A stretch of DNA of 64,000 nt from Novakomyces olei (taxonomy: Eukaryota), in contig JADEYG010000003.1 of NCBI GenBank assembly GCA_016906335.1, positions 310,001-374,000 on the forward strand. Direction: 5' to 3'. Under the pieces are notes generated by a model that saw only the letters and a program-made list of their open reading frames with translations, had not been told where the DNA came from and ran no database searches. Shown here in pieces: positions 36,790 through 48,311 of this stretch (the stretch's first letter is position 1; every line of letters starts with the position of its first letter). A program made the translations under genes and the position numbers.

Positions 36790-39447
36790 ATGCTCTCTTT
36801 ACTTCGCCGTAAAAAAGGCGAGCGTACCAACACTGATTCCAATAATGCTGCTGGTTCAGTTACTGTTGTTGAATCAGAATTGGAGCCAGCTGCTCCATTT
36901 CGATCGGCTCCTCTGCAATTCCACGGTGGTATAGACTTGACCGGCCTTGATCGATATGAGATCATGCTCGAGTCAGTTTACAATATGGCTCTCAAGCGAA
37001 AACTCGTACGTCCAGAACACGTGGACAAGGGTGTCGTATGTTTACGCGAATCACGTGCAAACTACCGTGTTTACCCTGCGGAGGCAACAGACAGCGACTT
37101 TCACCGCGCAGTTGCAGAATTGCAGACTGCTGCGGCATTGCGGCTTGAATCTTCTGCCATTGACGCTGTAGTCGACAAGTGTAAAGCAATGGGACTGGAA
37201 ACAGTGCCATTAAGATCAGATATGCATATTCAAGCACTACCACAAATGCAAGATCTGCCACATGCAAGAAGAAACCAGGATTCAGCCTTTATACTGAGCG
37301 AAAGATGCCTTGTCATCTGGGCGGACGATGCACTTAATCTACTGCCTTTGGCGGATACAATGGTGGCTGCTTTTATGGAGTTTGTATGGGCAGAGGGCGA
37401 CAGTATTGTGCAAAGGGCCACCGCCATGGAAAAGGCACTTCACCAGCAAGAAGACGATGAAAAGAAAAAAGCAAACACCGTCACTCAACGCGTCGTTTCA
37501 GAAAATTCGAGTATAAATTCACAAGACAGAGATATGGAGAAGGGCAGCAGTGAAGGGCGCAGACGGCCCGTGTACATTCACACCTTTATGGTTTCACTGG
37601 CAATTATTCTCATTTTTTATTTTCAAGGTTCGTATTTACGCGCCTTGATTAGGGAAAGTGGGTACGATGGATCTTATACCCGTTTTGCCCTTCTCATATT
37701 TTGCCCTTACTTTGCCTTTGTCTCCATGTTTTTCGCAAACAGTGTTATAACAAACATTATCACGCTTTTTGGCCCTGTTAATCAGACACGCGCAAATTCA
37801 CGTTACTACTCGGGGATCAGACCCCAGCGTATGGCTGGCGATTTGCCTCATGTAACGATTCAGTGCCCTGTTTATAAGGAAAGCTTAGCCGGTGTCATTG
37901 ATCCAACAGTTCGATCATTGCGAAAAGCAATCAGGACTTATGAGTTGCAAGGGGGATCTGCCTCTATCTTTGTCAATGACGATGGGATGCAGTTGCTTGA
38001 TCCAGAGAGCCAAGATATTCGCAAACAATATTATCGAGACAATAATATCGGTTGGGTCGCCAGGCCTCCACACGGCCACGACGGGTACGTTCGAGCGGGG
38101 CGCTTTAAAAAAGCGAGCAATATGAATTTCTGCTTAAATGTTTCCAACCGTCTGGAAGAACAATTAAGTAACGCTGTGCGTACGGATTCTTGGACGGTCG
38201 ATGACGAAAGGCAATTGTACGTGGAGACATTAGACCAAGTCTGCCAGCAAGACAGACGCGTCTGGGCAGAAGGCGATATTCGTGTTGGTGAATTGATTCT
38301 CCTCATCGATTCCGATACCCGTGTCCCAGAAGATTGCTTGTTAGACGCAGCCAGTGAAATGTCAGCGAGTCCAGAAGTCGCTATTCTCCAACACTTATCC
38401 GGGGTAATGAAAGTCTCACATGATTATTGGGAAAACATGATTGCCTTTTTCACAATACTTGTTTATCATGCCATTAAGCTGGCAACTGCTAATGGAGATA
38501 TGGCTCCATTTGTGGGTCATAACGCCTTTATGCGCTGGACAGCGTTGCAGGAAGCCGCTGAAGTTCGAGAAGGCGACGATTTCATTCTTTTCTGGTCAGA
38601 AGAACACGTTTCCGAGGACTTTGAGCTGTCGCTTAAACTTGCCCAGTTAGGGTACGACGTTCGTTATGCCGCGTATTCAAACGGGGAATTCAAAGAAGGT
38701 GTATCGCTGACAGTTTACGATGAATTGAGCAGATGGCGCAAGTACGCGTTCGGAAGTAGCGAACTGCTCTTTAATCCCTTCATTAAATGGCCGCGTCGTG
38801 GGCCAATCACACCAATGTTTTGGCGATTAATCCGTTCGCCCATTCCCGGTGCTTCCAAGTGGAGCGTGCTTGCTTACCTCGCGACTTATATGGCTCTAGC
38901 ATCTGCGTGGATTGTTGCCATTGCGAATTTTGGATTCGTTGCTTATTATGCATCGCATATGGATCAAATGTACGTAACTTCCTGGGAAGTTATGCTCTCA
39001 GTTCTCGTTGTTTTTGGTGCATTTGCCCCGCTTGTTTACGTGTTTGCGCGTTTCCGAATGGGCGATGAGACACTGGCGTCGGTTATCCCTAATATCATCC
39101 GGTACATTTTACCAGTCACCGTATTTTTCACGGGACTCTCCTTCCACTGCAGCATGTCGATTCTGGCTCATTTGTTTTCCGTTAACTTGCAATGGGGCTC
39201 AACGGCCAAAGAGCTGGCGCGATCTAACTTTTTCATCGAAATTCCCAAAGTGCTGAAAAGCTACTGGTCCATGTTTCTTGTGATGTCACTTGTCATTATT
39301 GCGACAATCGTGGTACAGACGGGTGTTGTGCCATATCATTTTCGCGTAGAAAGTGTTACCGCCGCGTTCCCGCTCTACTGGATTTACGGTTGCCATCTGC
39401 TGGTTCCGTTCATCTTGAATCCTCAAATTATGAAGTTTAAGTTCTAA
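36790..39447 (+). CDS. Processive multi-membrane glycosyltransferase family 2, copy 2
   Basis: Intronless ORF from ATG 36790. Same motifs (QCPVYKE, NDDG, KKASN, DSD, SEDF, ELSRW); ends NPQIMKFKF. Confidence 0.92.
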   Translation: MLSLLRRKKGERTNTDSNNAAGSVTVVESELEPAAPFRSAPLQFHGGIDLTGLDRYEIMLESVYNMALKRKLVRPEHVDKGVVCLRESRANYRVYPAEATDSDFHRAVAELQTAAALRLESSAIDAVVDKCKAMGLETVPLRSDMHIQALPQMQDLPHARRNQDSAFILSERCLVIWADDALNLLPLADTMVAAFMEFVWAEGDSIVQRATAMEKALHQQEDDEKKKANTVTQRVVSENSSINSQDRDMEKGSSEGRRRPVYIHTFMVSLAIILIFYFQGSYLRALIRESGYDGSYTRFALLIFCPYFAFVSMFFANSVITNIITLFGPVNQTRANSRYYSGIRPQRMAGDLPHVTIQCPVYKESLAGVIDPTVRSLRKAIRTYELQGGSASIFVNDDGMQLLDPESQDIRKQYYRDNNIGWVARPPHGHDGYVRAGRFKKASNMNFCLNVSNRLEEQLSNAVRTDSWTVDDERQLYVETLDQVCQQDRRVWAEGDIRVGELILLIDSDTRVPEDCLLDAASEMSASPEVAILQHLSGVMKVSHDYWENMIAFFTILVYHAIKLATANGDMAPFVGHNAFMRWTALQEAAEVREGDDFILFWSEEHVSEDFELSLKLAQLGYDVRYAAYSNGEFKEGVSLTVYDELSRWRKYAFGSSELLFNPFIKWPRRGPITPMFWRLIRSPIPGASKWSVLAYLATYMALASAWIVAIANFGFVAYYASHMDQMYVTSWEVMLSVLVVFGAFAPLVYVFARFRMGDETLASVIPNIIRYILPVTVFFTGLSFHCSMSILAHLFSVNLQWGSTAKELARSNFFIEIPKVLKSYWSMFLVMSLVIIATIVVQTGVVPYHFRVESVTAAFPLYWIYGCHLLVPFILNPQIMKFKF

Positions 39448-40821
39448 TTCGTTTGAACCTGTCTTTATATAAATGTTGTATAGCTTACCTCTTCTCCGCA
39501 TTTGAATTTATAATTTTATATATATTCTAGTTGTGATTTACGCGACAGTATTGTTCTATTTTTTCACGCGCTCTTCCATAGTCTGATCCAATCCTGTGTA
39601 CATTTGAATCTTTGTGCTATAGCCTCCTCTTAATTGGGTAACTATATCGCCTAATATACTTCTTTTAAACCTAAAAAGTCATCTTGTATCTCAATAGAGT
39701 ATGCCATGTGGTCTCCTGATCGACGATCCAGAAATCTAGCGCACAAGTATTTAGAGGTTTCTGTGAAAGGTTATACAGGTCGCGTATACTATGCACGGAA
39801 TAGTCAGAGGTCTCGTATATATTTGTTTGAACAGCCCGAGTTCTCCACCCAAGCCTCCCATGTTCAGCTTCAAGCCACGCGCTATATTGTCTGCTATTCT
39901 TTTCTAATATAATAAAACCAATAATAAAAGTATAGTATTAGGTGATGACATGTTTATATGAGCATTCTATATTATAGACAATCTGGCCGCTCAAAGTTCG
40001 TGGGCGCAAGAGCCATAGGTGTAGAGTATATAGAAAAGCTCGATAGCGTTAGATTTAGCGCAGCAAATACCGGCCAGCTTATCAGCGGTATTATACAATA
40101 TTGAAATCCAGTCGCACGGCCAAAGTCCTGCAAGGCGGGACTATGAATACATTAATGTATATATTCTATAATAATTTGTTGCTACTTGATACTAAAAATA
40201 ATACCACCCGTTTCGAAAATTAAACAATTTTTCTGCCTAATTATAGTGAATGGCGGCGGCAGCGGACACTGCCTTCCACAAATCTCGCCGGCAAATCACG
40301 AGTGCCGTCACATACCGCATTCTTTGACGCACGCTAGCCCGTTACCGCTGTATCGGGACAAATGTCTGAGTCAGGGTCCAATGTCTAAGACACTCTTTCA
40401 GGGCGTTATATCAACAAAATCCATTTTAGGTATCAATGTCTCACCTTTATACACACCCGTAATTTAACAATCTACCGGCCCAAAATGGATGATGGCACTT
40501 TTTCTAGACGATGTGGATCAAGTAGCCCACGCAAAAGTCTAAGACACCACCAGAGACATACCCACCCTCTGTATATAAACTTGCGGTCTGCCGCTTGGAA
40601 ACAAGGAGCTAATATTCAAAATTGCAGTTTACAGTCTCTACTCTGCTCTCTTACCCTCTCTGCCTCTTGCATTTTGGCACTTCTTTTCTGAGCGAAAAGA
40701 TAAAAGCGAAAGAGTCAAGCAAAGCAAGCCGGGAGACAAAAGAGGGTCCTTGGTAACGTTTATTGAAGGAAAAAGAAAAAATTGGAAGGAATAAAACGTT
40801 TAAAGAAAACCAAGAGTCAGT

Positions 40822-43521
40822 ATGAAGTGGCCGTCGTTCGGACGCCGCAACGAGGAAAAGCAGCCCACGGAAGAGAAACCCAATCAAACCAACAATGAAG
40901 GCCAATTGGGCGACTTCAACAATGGCGGAAATGGAGGCAATGGCGTTGTAGTGTACAACAGCGATTCGGCCTCTTCTTCAGCGTCGTCAATTTCAGATGA
41001 AAAATTACTGTCGAACAAGCACGACTCTGTCGTGTTTGCCAAAAGTCTGGACCGGCATGGAATCTTACTTGAAATGCTCTATGACAGGTGTAGTCGGTTG
41101 GGCCTTTTCCACTCCAACAATGAGAGTGTGGATACGGGTTCCGTTTTCCTTCGCACTGGAAAAGACTCGCACCGAGTATTCCCGGACTCTCCGTCTTCGC
41201 GCGAGTTTAGTACGGCAGTTTCGGCTCTGCGACCGGAAGCGGCTATTAAAATGCGCTCTGTCGCAATTTCTTCCATATTGAGCAAGTGCACTGCCGACGT
41301 TGACGTTGTTCCCATTAAGCAGAATGTACGCGTTCAAGTCGTACAGTCAATGTCGGACGTTTCCCGCGCCCGCAAGAGCCAAAACTGCGCCTTTGTACAG
41401 GACGAAGACTGCCTCGTTCTCTGGTCAGACGACCCTATGACGCTAGTCAGCACGGCTGAGCAATTGCAGCGCGATTTGATTGAGTTTATCTGGGCAGGCG
41501 GAAACAGCCTTGTACGGGAGGCTGCTTTACGCGAGCAGAGGCAGCATGAGCGGGCAGTAGAGGAGAAAAAAACAGCCAGCAACAACGCTTCCTCCACCGA
41601 TTTGGAGAGCGGTGAGGGTATTCTGGACGCGGACAAGCGTAAAGTCATGCTCATTCAGCCTTTTATCGTCTGCCTCTCCCTCATTCTTGTCTGCTTCTTT
41701 ATCGGCAGCGTCTTCCACAATCTCATAAACGAGTGCCTCATGGACCAAACGTACCTCCGCTGCGTCCTCGTCATCTTTATTCCCTGGACCGTTTTTGCCT
41801 CAATGTTTTTCTGCAATTGCGTGTGCGGAAACATCATTCTCTGCTTTGGCCCGATTAGTCAGGTAAAATCAAATTCCAAATACTACTCTTGCATTCCACC
41901 CCCACGCATGAAGGAGAATTTACCCCACATTACGATCCAGTGCCCTGTTTACAAGGAATCATTGGTGGGCGTTATCGATCCCACTATGCGATCCCTGCGC
42001 CACGCGATCCGCACGTACGAGCTGCAGGGAGGCACTGCTTCCGTTTTCGTAAACGACGATGGAATGCAGTTGCTGGACCGTGAGAGCCAGGATATTCGCC
42101 GGCAATATTACCGCGACAACAATATCGGGTGGGTCGCCAGACCTCCACATGGCCAGGACGGTTATGTTCGAGCAGGGCGCTTTAAAAAAGCGAGCAACAT
42201 GAATTTTTGCCTCAATGTTTCCATCCAGATGGAAGAGCGATTGGAGGCAGTTGAGCGTGGCGAAGACTGGACGCTGGATAAGGAAGAGCATTTGTACCGT
42301 GAAACATTAAAGCAGCTGTGCACTGAAGACGCTCGGGTCTGGGCCGATGGAAATATCAGGGTTGGAGACATTGTGCTGCTCATTGACTCTGATACGCGTG
42401 TGCCGGAAGATTGCTTGTTGGACGCTGCCAGTGAGTTCCACGAGAGCCCTGAGCTCGGCATCCTGCAGCACTCGTCCAGCGTAATGCAGGTCGTTCACAA
42501 TTACTGGGAGAATATGATTACGTACTTTACGGATCTCGTTTACCACGCTATTCGTCTCGCTACAGCGAATGGGGATGTGGCTGCCTTTGTCGGGCATAAC
42601 GCTTTCCTCCGCTGGACTGCAGTCCAAGAAGTTGCTGAAAAGCGGGCTGACGATGGCTTCACCCTGTTTTGGAGCGAGTCTCATGTGTCTGAGGATTTTG
42701 AATTGTCACTTAAAATGCACAAACTGGGCTACCATGTACGCTACGCCGTCTACAGTGAAGGCTTCATGGAAGGCGTGTCCCTCACTGTTTACGACGAGTT
42801 CACCCGGTGGGAGAAGTATGCCTATGGGTGCAGTGAGCTGCTGTTCCATCCCTTCAAGGACTGGATCTTCAAGGGCCCGATAACCCCGATTTTCCGGAGC
42901 CTGGTTGCCTCAAAGCTGCCGGGATTCTCCAAGTGGAGCATGATGTCGTACATTGGTACGTACTTTGCCATGGGCTCTTCGTGGATCTTGACACTTGTGA
43001 ACTTTTTGCTCGTTGGCTATTACGGAGCACAGCTGGACAAGATGTACCTGCCTTCGTGGGAAGTAATGCTTTCGGTTATCGTTATCTTTGGCGCCTTCTC
43101 ATCGCTCACTTTTATCCTCACTCAGTTCCGCATTTATGACAAACCTTTCATTTCTGCCGTCGTGCGTACCGCAATCTACATCATACCACTCTCCATGTTT
43201 TTCACTGCCCTCTCCTTCCACATCAGCATGTCGCTCTTGGCACATCTCTTTAGCATTAATGTGCAATGGGGCGCCACGGCGAAAGAGCTGGACGACTCAA
43301 ACTTTTTCAAGGAGGTTCCAAAGATTTTCAAGAGCTACAAATGGATGTACATCATTCTCACACTTGTGCTGATCGGATGCATTATTATTCAGACCAACAT
43401 TGTTCCCTACCACTGGCAAATTATCAACTTCCCGGCTGCTTTCCCTCTTTACTGGGTGTACGCTTGCCATTTGGCAGTGCCGATCATGATGAATCCTCAG
43501 ATCATGAAGTTTACATTCTAG
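40822..43521 (+). CDS. Processive multi-membrane glycosyltransferase family 2, copy 3
   Basis: Intronless 899-aa ORF. Same motifs (EFTRW); ends NPQIMKFTF. Confidence 0.92.
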   Translation: MKWPSFGRRNEEKQPTEEKPNQTNNEGQLGDFNNGGNGGNGVVVYNSDSASSSASSISDEKLLSNKHDSVVFAKSLDRHGILLEMLYDRCSRLGLFHSNNESVDTGSVFLRTGKDSHRVFPDSPSSREFSTAVSALRPEAAIKMRSVAISSILSKCTADVDVVPIKQNVRVQVVQSMSDVSRARKSQNCAFVQDEDCLVLWSDDPMTLVSTAEQLQRDLIEFIWAGGNSLVREAALREQRQHERAVEEKKTASNNASSTDLESGEGILDADKRKVMLIQPFIVCLSLILVCFFIGSVFHNLINECLMDQTYLRCVLVIFIPWTVFASMFFCNCVCGNIILCFGPISQVKSNSKYYSCIPPPRMKENLPHITIQCPVYKESLVGVIDPTMRSLRHAIRTYELQGGTASVFVNDDGMQLLDRESQDIRRQYYRDNNIGWVARPPHGQDGYVRAGRFKKASNMNFCLNVSIQMEERLEAVERGEDWTLDKEEHLYRETLKQLCTEDARVWADGNIRVGDIVLLIDSDTRVPEDCLLDAASEFHESPELGILQHSSSVMQVVHNYWENMITYFTDLVYHAIRLATANGDVAAFVGHNAFLRWTAVQEVAEKRADDGFTLFWSESHVSEDFELSLKMHKLGYHVRYAVYSEGFMEGVSLTVYDEFTRWEKYAYGCSELLFHPFKDWIFKGPITPIFRSLVASKLPGFSKWSMMSYIGTYFAMGSSWILTLVNFLLVGYYGAQLDKMYLPSWEVMLSVIVIFGAFSSLTFILTQFRIYDKPFISAVVRTAIYIIPLSMFFTALSFHISMSLLAHLFSINVQWGATAKELDDSNFFKEVPKIFKSYKWMYIILTLVLIGCIIIQTNIVPYHWQIINFPAAFPLYWVYACHLAVPIMMNPQIMKFTF

Positions 43522-43760
43522 AATGCGGCAACTGTCTCACTTTTCGCTCTGCGTAACCCTCTTTCTCTCTTTTCTGGCCGTCAATTCTCGTATTTTAATT
43601 ATTCTGTGTACATAATAAGTATATATGTTTATGTTTATATATATGTATATTCTTTATCGGTTGGATTAGCACATAGACACTGTATAGTAATGTTGAGTTT
43701 ATCAAATGTTTAAATCAATATATTAAAAGGTATCCCGTTTTTTCGAGTGCGCATGTGAAG

Positions 43761-43812
43761 TATTTGTATAGTGTATTATTTGTATAGTGTATTATTTGTA
43801 TAGTGTATTATT
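43761..43812. repeat. 16-bp tandem repeat (TATTTGTATAGTGTAT) x3
   Basis: Read directly. Confidence 0.85.
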
Positions 43813-44004
43813 TTCTAATGTGATTCATACCATTCTTTTTTTTTGGCCCTAAGCGTATTATACATACATATTACAATGTTCCAACTGTTTATCAAATTTG
43901 ACATAATTAATATTACAGCGCCTGAATCTGTGATGCGTCACTATTGACTTTGGGCCTTAAAGTGGAGGGCATTGGTTTAGCGCGCACTTTTCCAAACTTT
44001 GCCA

Positions 44005-44260
44005 ATGATCGAGATCGATGTGCTCTTACTCGTGTGCGTGAAGCTTGTGATAGATGAAGCACTGGAAAGCGGCGATACAATTAAGCTGTTATGCTGGATC
44101 CAGCAAAAGTTGCAGGTACATCTTTCCCGAGTTAAGGGCTATCGCTAAACGTATGTAAAGTCGGTCGGTTTGAACGAGTTAGATGTCGCCCGGGCCTTGG
44201 ACGAATTGAGCTCTTTGAATTTGCTAAATGAGCGAGGTACAGGCATTTACAGCACGGTAC

Positions 44261-44297
<37 letters not shown>

Positions 44298-45747
44298 ATC
44301 GATTGCTCTTGGTATTTGTCTGGTCCAATTGATTTCCGTTCCAATTGCTATCCGTTCCAATTACTATCTGTTTGAATTGCCATCTGTTTGAATTGCTAAT
44401 TTATGTAAATAGCTATTGGGAATCGAATCGATTGCGGATTTCGAATATTTACTGAATCAGCTCGGCAACAGTGTGGGCTTCGATCGGGTGGTAGGCGAAA
44501 AGACTCTGGCAGCCTTGGCAGAAGATGACGCGTCCAACAGGCGAAAGCTACGTAAAACATCTCTTCTCGGGAAATTCGTTAGACAGCGCGTGGCCGTTCT
44601 GGGAAACACTCCATTCAACGCGCTTTGCTTCTATTTTGACGCAGTACGCGCTCTGTCTACGCGTCTTATTGCACGGTATCGTTTTAGCGAACCACCTGAC
44701 GAAGCCATGGTGCTGGATGAATGGAAAGACGAGTCGTTGTTTCCGCGAGGGCAGCCGCTCGTTTTCTACTGCATGACCCTCCGATTTCCATGGTTGAAGG
44801 AGCACGCTAATGAACGCTCACAGAGTTTTTTAAGCCACGATTTCGTGCGTAGTATGGTTCAGACAAATACTAAGGACATGTATGAATTATTTTCTGCTCT
44901 TGATCTGATTTTACTCTCGATATCTGTTTTCTCTCCCTGTATTTGTTTATTTGTTTATTTTATCTCAGTTCATTTCCTTCACTTTCTTTACTAATTCAAG
45001 ATCGGTTCTTTCTTATGCTCTCTTAATCTCGGCCGTCTCATTTGCAGAATCGGGCGATACAGCGGACGCAATTACAGCCATGGATGAATCGATGAAAATT
45101 TCAAGAGAAAATTTAGACCATGACAGTATTTGCTATGCTCTGCTTCTCAAATTTGAGGTACAGTGGCTGCAGTACGAGAAGCAGTCGAAGATTCAGCAAC
45201 AGCAAAACACGTCGTGGCGTGATATTCCCGCGCTCGTACTGAAATCACTCGAATCTACGACTGACCCGAATATTGGTCGTATTGCCTATATTTTATGTGC
45301 AGAACGAGCGCTGATTGAGGTACTTTGAAATTGAAATATGAATCACGCACGGCAGATCTGATGTTTCTTGTTATGAGTATAATGACTTTTTCCCGTTTGG
45401 TTTCCCCTACTCTTCCTTTATCATTGTCTTTCTCTTTTGTGAGACTTAAATTTTATTGTTTTTGCGCCGCTCGGTCAAGTTCACAATTATTTACCAACAC
45501 ATAGTGCAACGGAGCGTCTGTTGATCAGTGCAAACGTGCTTTAGAAGATATAATTCGTGCAACATGGTGCACGCTACATTCAATATCGCCGGTACTGCTC
45601 CATCGAGCTCTTTTAATTCATCGGGAATTCTTGCAGCGTATTGGTAGGCTTTTCATATTGTTTCCAGGCTAATTTGTTTAAAAAGATCAAACCAAACTAA
45701 GCCAGGCTATTTCAATTGGCCATGAAAACGCTTTATTGGCCCAATAA
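44005..45747 (+). CDS. Divergent anaphase-promoting complex subunit 5 (Apc5)-like protein, ~400 aa, ~6 exons
   Basis: Hand-spliced model. TSLLGKFVRQ resembles the Apc5 S-x-LG-x-FVRR motif, and YALLISAVSFAESGDTADAITAMDESMKISRENLD resembles the Apc5 YALLNLA...A...EA...ARENxD motif. Confidence 0.6.
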
Positions 45748-46330
45748 TAGGTGGAGAGGAGAAGCATTGGATGAAACGCATACTAGGCATAGTTTAAATA
45801 TCGTATTTCCGGGCTGAAGTGGGTATTTGTGTTCCGATAAAGAGAATAGGCAATGAATAAATGAAATGTATATACATGACTCGATAAACAAGTTAAGAAA
45901 TTCATGTTTACTGTGCAGATCATTGCGCGAGAGATGAAAAATGTAGAATCATTCTTGAAATCAAGGGAATATTTTGGCAATCGAAAGATTATTCTTGCCA
46001 ATCAAAGGAATGAAAACTTCAATAACCACAAATTTGAGCTATTTTTTGTTTGCTTGCTTTCTTTTATTTATCAAGGTTTTTAAAAATTTTCTAGTTTTGT
46101 GCCTATGCTTTCCGTAGCACTGCAAGAATTCTCCCAAGCAACCCCATTATTTCTTTTGTATCTATAATGTTCTCGACGGCATATTTGAAACGACCAATAC
46201 AAATAATGCAGCAATATTTACAATAATAACTACGTTAAAATTATTAGCGTTATATAATACGAGCTCATTTATTATATAGCTCAAAGTTTAGGTTTGTTCG
46301 CGCGACAAATTGCCTATTTTGTAGCACGAT

Positions 46331-46340
46331 TGAGCAAATA
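46331..46340 (-). promoter_or_regulatory. Copper-responsive element-like site TATTTGCTCA
   Basis: Matches the Mac1-type CuRE core TTTGCTC(A/G); ~210 bp upstream of the Ctr gene. Confidence 0.45.
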
Positions 46341-46548
46341 TTCCCGACTTTTTACCCACGCGAAGCGTCTTGGATAATTTGATTATGGTGCAACGGCATT
46401 GGCAACTCGGACGAACATCGCTTTTATAATAAATAACCCGCTGACCCCAAATGACCATGATCAGATGTGATTTTAAGTCAAAAGGGGCTTTGGCTGGGTC
46501 AAGAGAGAAAATAAAGCGAAAACAAATAATACTATCTATTGGCGTAAA

Positions 46549-47380
46549 ATGTGTAGCAAGCACAGTGGTCACAATAGCACCAGCGTTGCCAGTGCTCCTC
46601 AGTCCACTGGATCTTCATGTCATGATCATAGCATGAAAAGCATGGGGCACGGAGGCGGAATGTCCGGTGCAAGTGGAAACAGCTGTAAAATCTCGGTAAG
46701 AATCTGGTCTCAATATTTCCTTTTTTTCTTTAATTCAATTTCTGGGGTTTTGATTATTTTTCTTCTCTGCTCGCTTTATTTTGATTTAATTGCTGATCGT
46801 TTTCATGGATTCTTGTGATTTGTCTTTACGCCCTCCTCAATTTTTTATTAATCGCTCATTTCAATCGTCTAATATTCAGATGCTGTGGAACTGGAACACG
46901 GTGGACGCTTGCTTTATTTCACGGTCCTGGCATATCACTTCTCGAGGCATGTTCGCCGGTAGTATTATCGGGATCGTCTTTCTAGTTCTTTTGTTTGAAG
47001 CACTTAAGCGTGCTCAGCGTGAACTTGATCGCTGGATTCAGAGGCGCAGAATTAAGTCATCTCAGTCTAACGCCGCTGCTCGTGTTGCGGATGAGAACAA
47101 AGATGGAGTATCCACAATCGCTGTGTCAAGTAGCAGGTCACCAGATACTCATAGCTCTGTTCAAAACTGTGAACTAGCTGCCTGGCCAGAACAAATTGCT
47201 CGTGCGTTTTTATACGTTTGTCAATTTGCTGTGGGCTACTTTTTGATGCTGCTGGCCATGTACTACAATGGCTATGTCATCATATTCATATTTGTCGCAG
47301 CTTTTCTGGGAAATCTGCTATTTGCCCGAGATACAATAGGCCGACCGAGTTATGGGACGGGGTGTTGTCCAAGTCTCTAG
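46549..47380 (+). CDS. Ctr-family high-affinity copper transporter (Ctr3/Ctr4-like)
   Basis: Exons 46549-46695 and 46880-47380. His/Met-rich N-terminus, CKIS/MLWNWNTVDACF, MxxxM (MLLAMYYNG) and C-terminal CC. Confidence 0.92.
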
Positions 47381-48311
47381 TTAAGTTTGGAACAGCTTGG
47401 GAATAGCTGAGATAGCTTTCATAACTCTCTTCTTCACTATATAGAAAATCAAAAGTCATATAATCTAATCGTTATGCCAATGCAAAATTCGTAAAAATCT
47501 GTAGTCTGGTCTATGTAGTCTGGTCTATAAAAATAGACATCAGTCCAGCAATGCTAGCAAAGCTAGCAAAGCTAAAGTGAGCGTTATTTATCCTCCATTA
47601 AGTTTGAACCCGTTCAATTCCCTTTCAAAGTCTACTCCAGATTTAGATAGAAAGTCTGCATATACGAAGTCTGCTACCAATTTCAAGTAAAGCCGATAAA
47701 TGTGTACCGCGAAAATCCAAGGTACAAAGTAAGCTTAGTGCACAAATATTCGAATTTAAATATTCGCGTTCCTTTTTCGTAAATTCCCGCGTAACCTGTG
47801 CACGTGGCTCTGATCGGGAAATCCTCAGCGAACCTTCATTATAAAATAAACGCTTATCTAGGTACAGTATTAAAGTAATGTTATCTGCACATTTCAAGTA
47901 CTGTAATTTGACTCTTTGCAATTGCCGAAAAGTACCGGTACACTTACCCATAGATTACACTTGTGCTACATTTTAAGCGAGGCATTATTCTTACAGACAC
48001 TAGCGTGGGCGGGCATAGATGGAAATCAGAGCTATTACATAATAACTGACATAACAATAAAATCGATATACGCCATATCATGCCTCATGAGCAACACATT
48101 CGGCAGTCAAATAAGAAGGGAGTAGGAGACAATTATGAAATCTTGGAATTTATTTCTTTACAATATAAGCTTCGAATACATGGGCTCTTTTGAAATTTTT
48201 TTTAACAATATTTATATGTTAAGCAGACTAAAACTATGCATTTAAAGGTATAAATGGTTCATAACTGTACAAATTTCACATAAAGCTTTTGGCTCTATGC
48301 ATTTCCAATAC

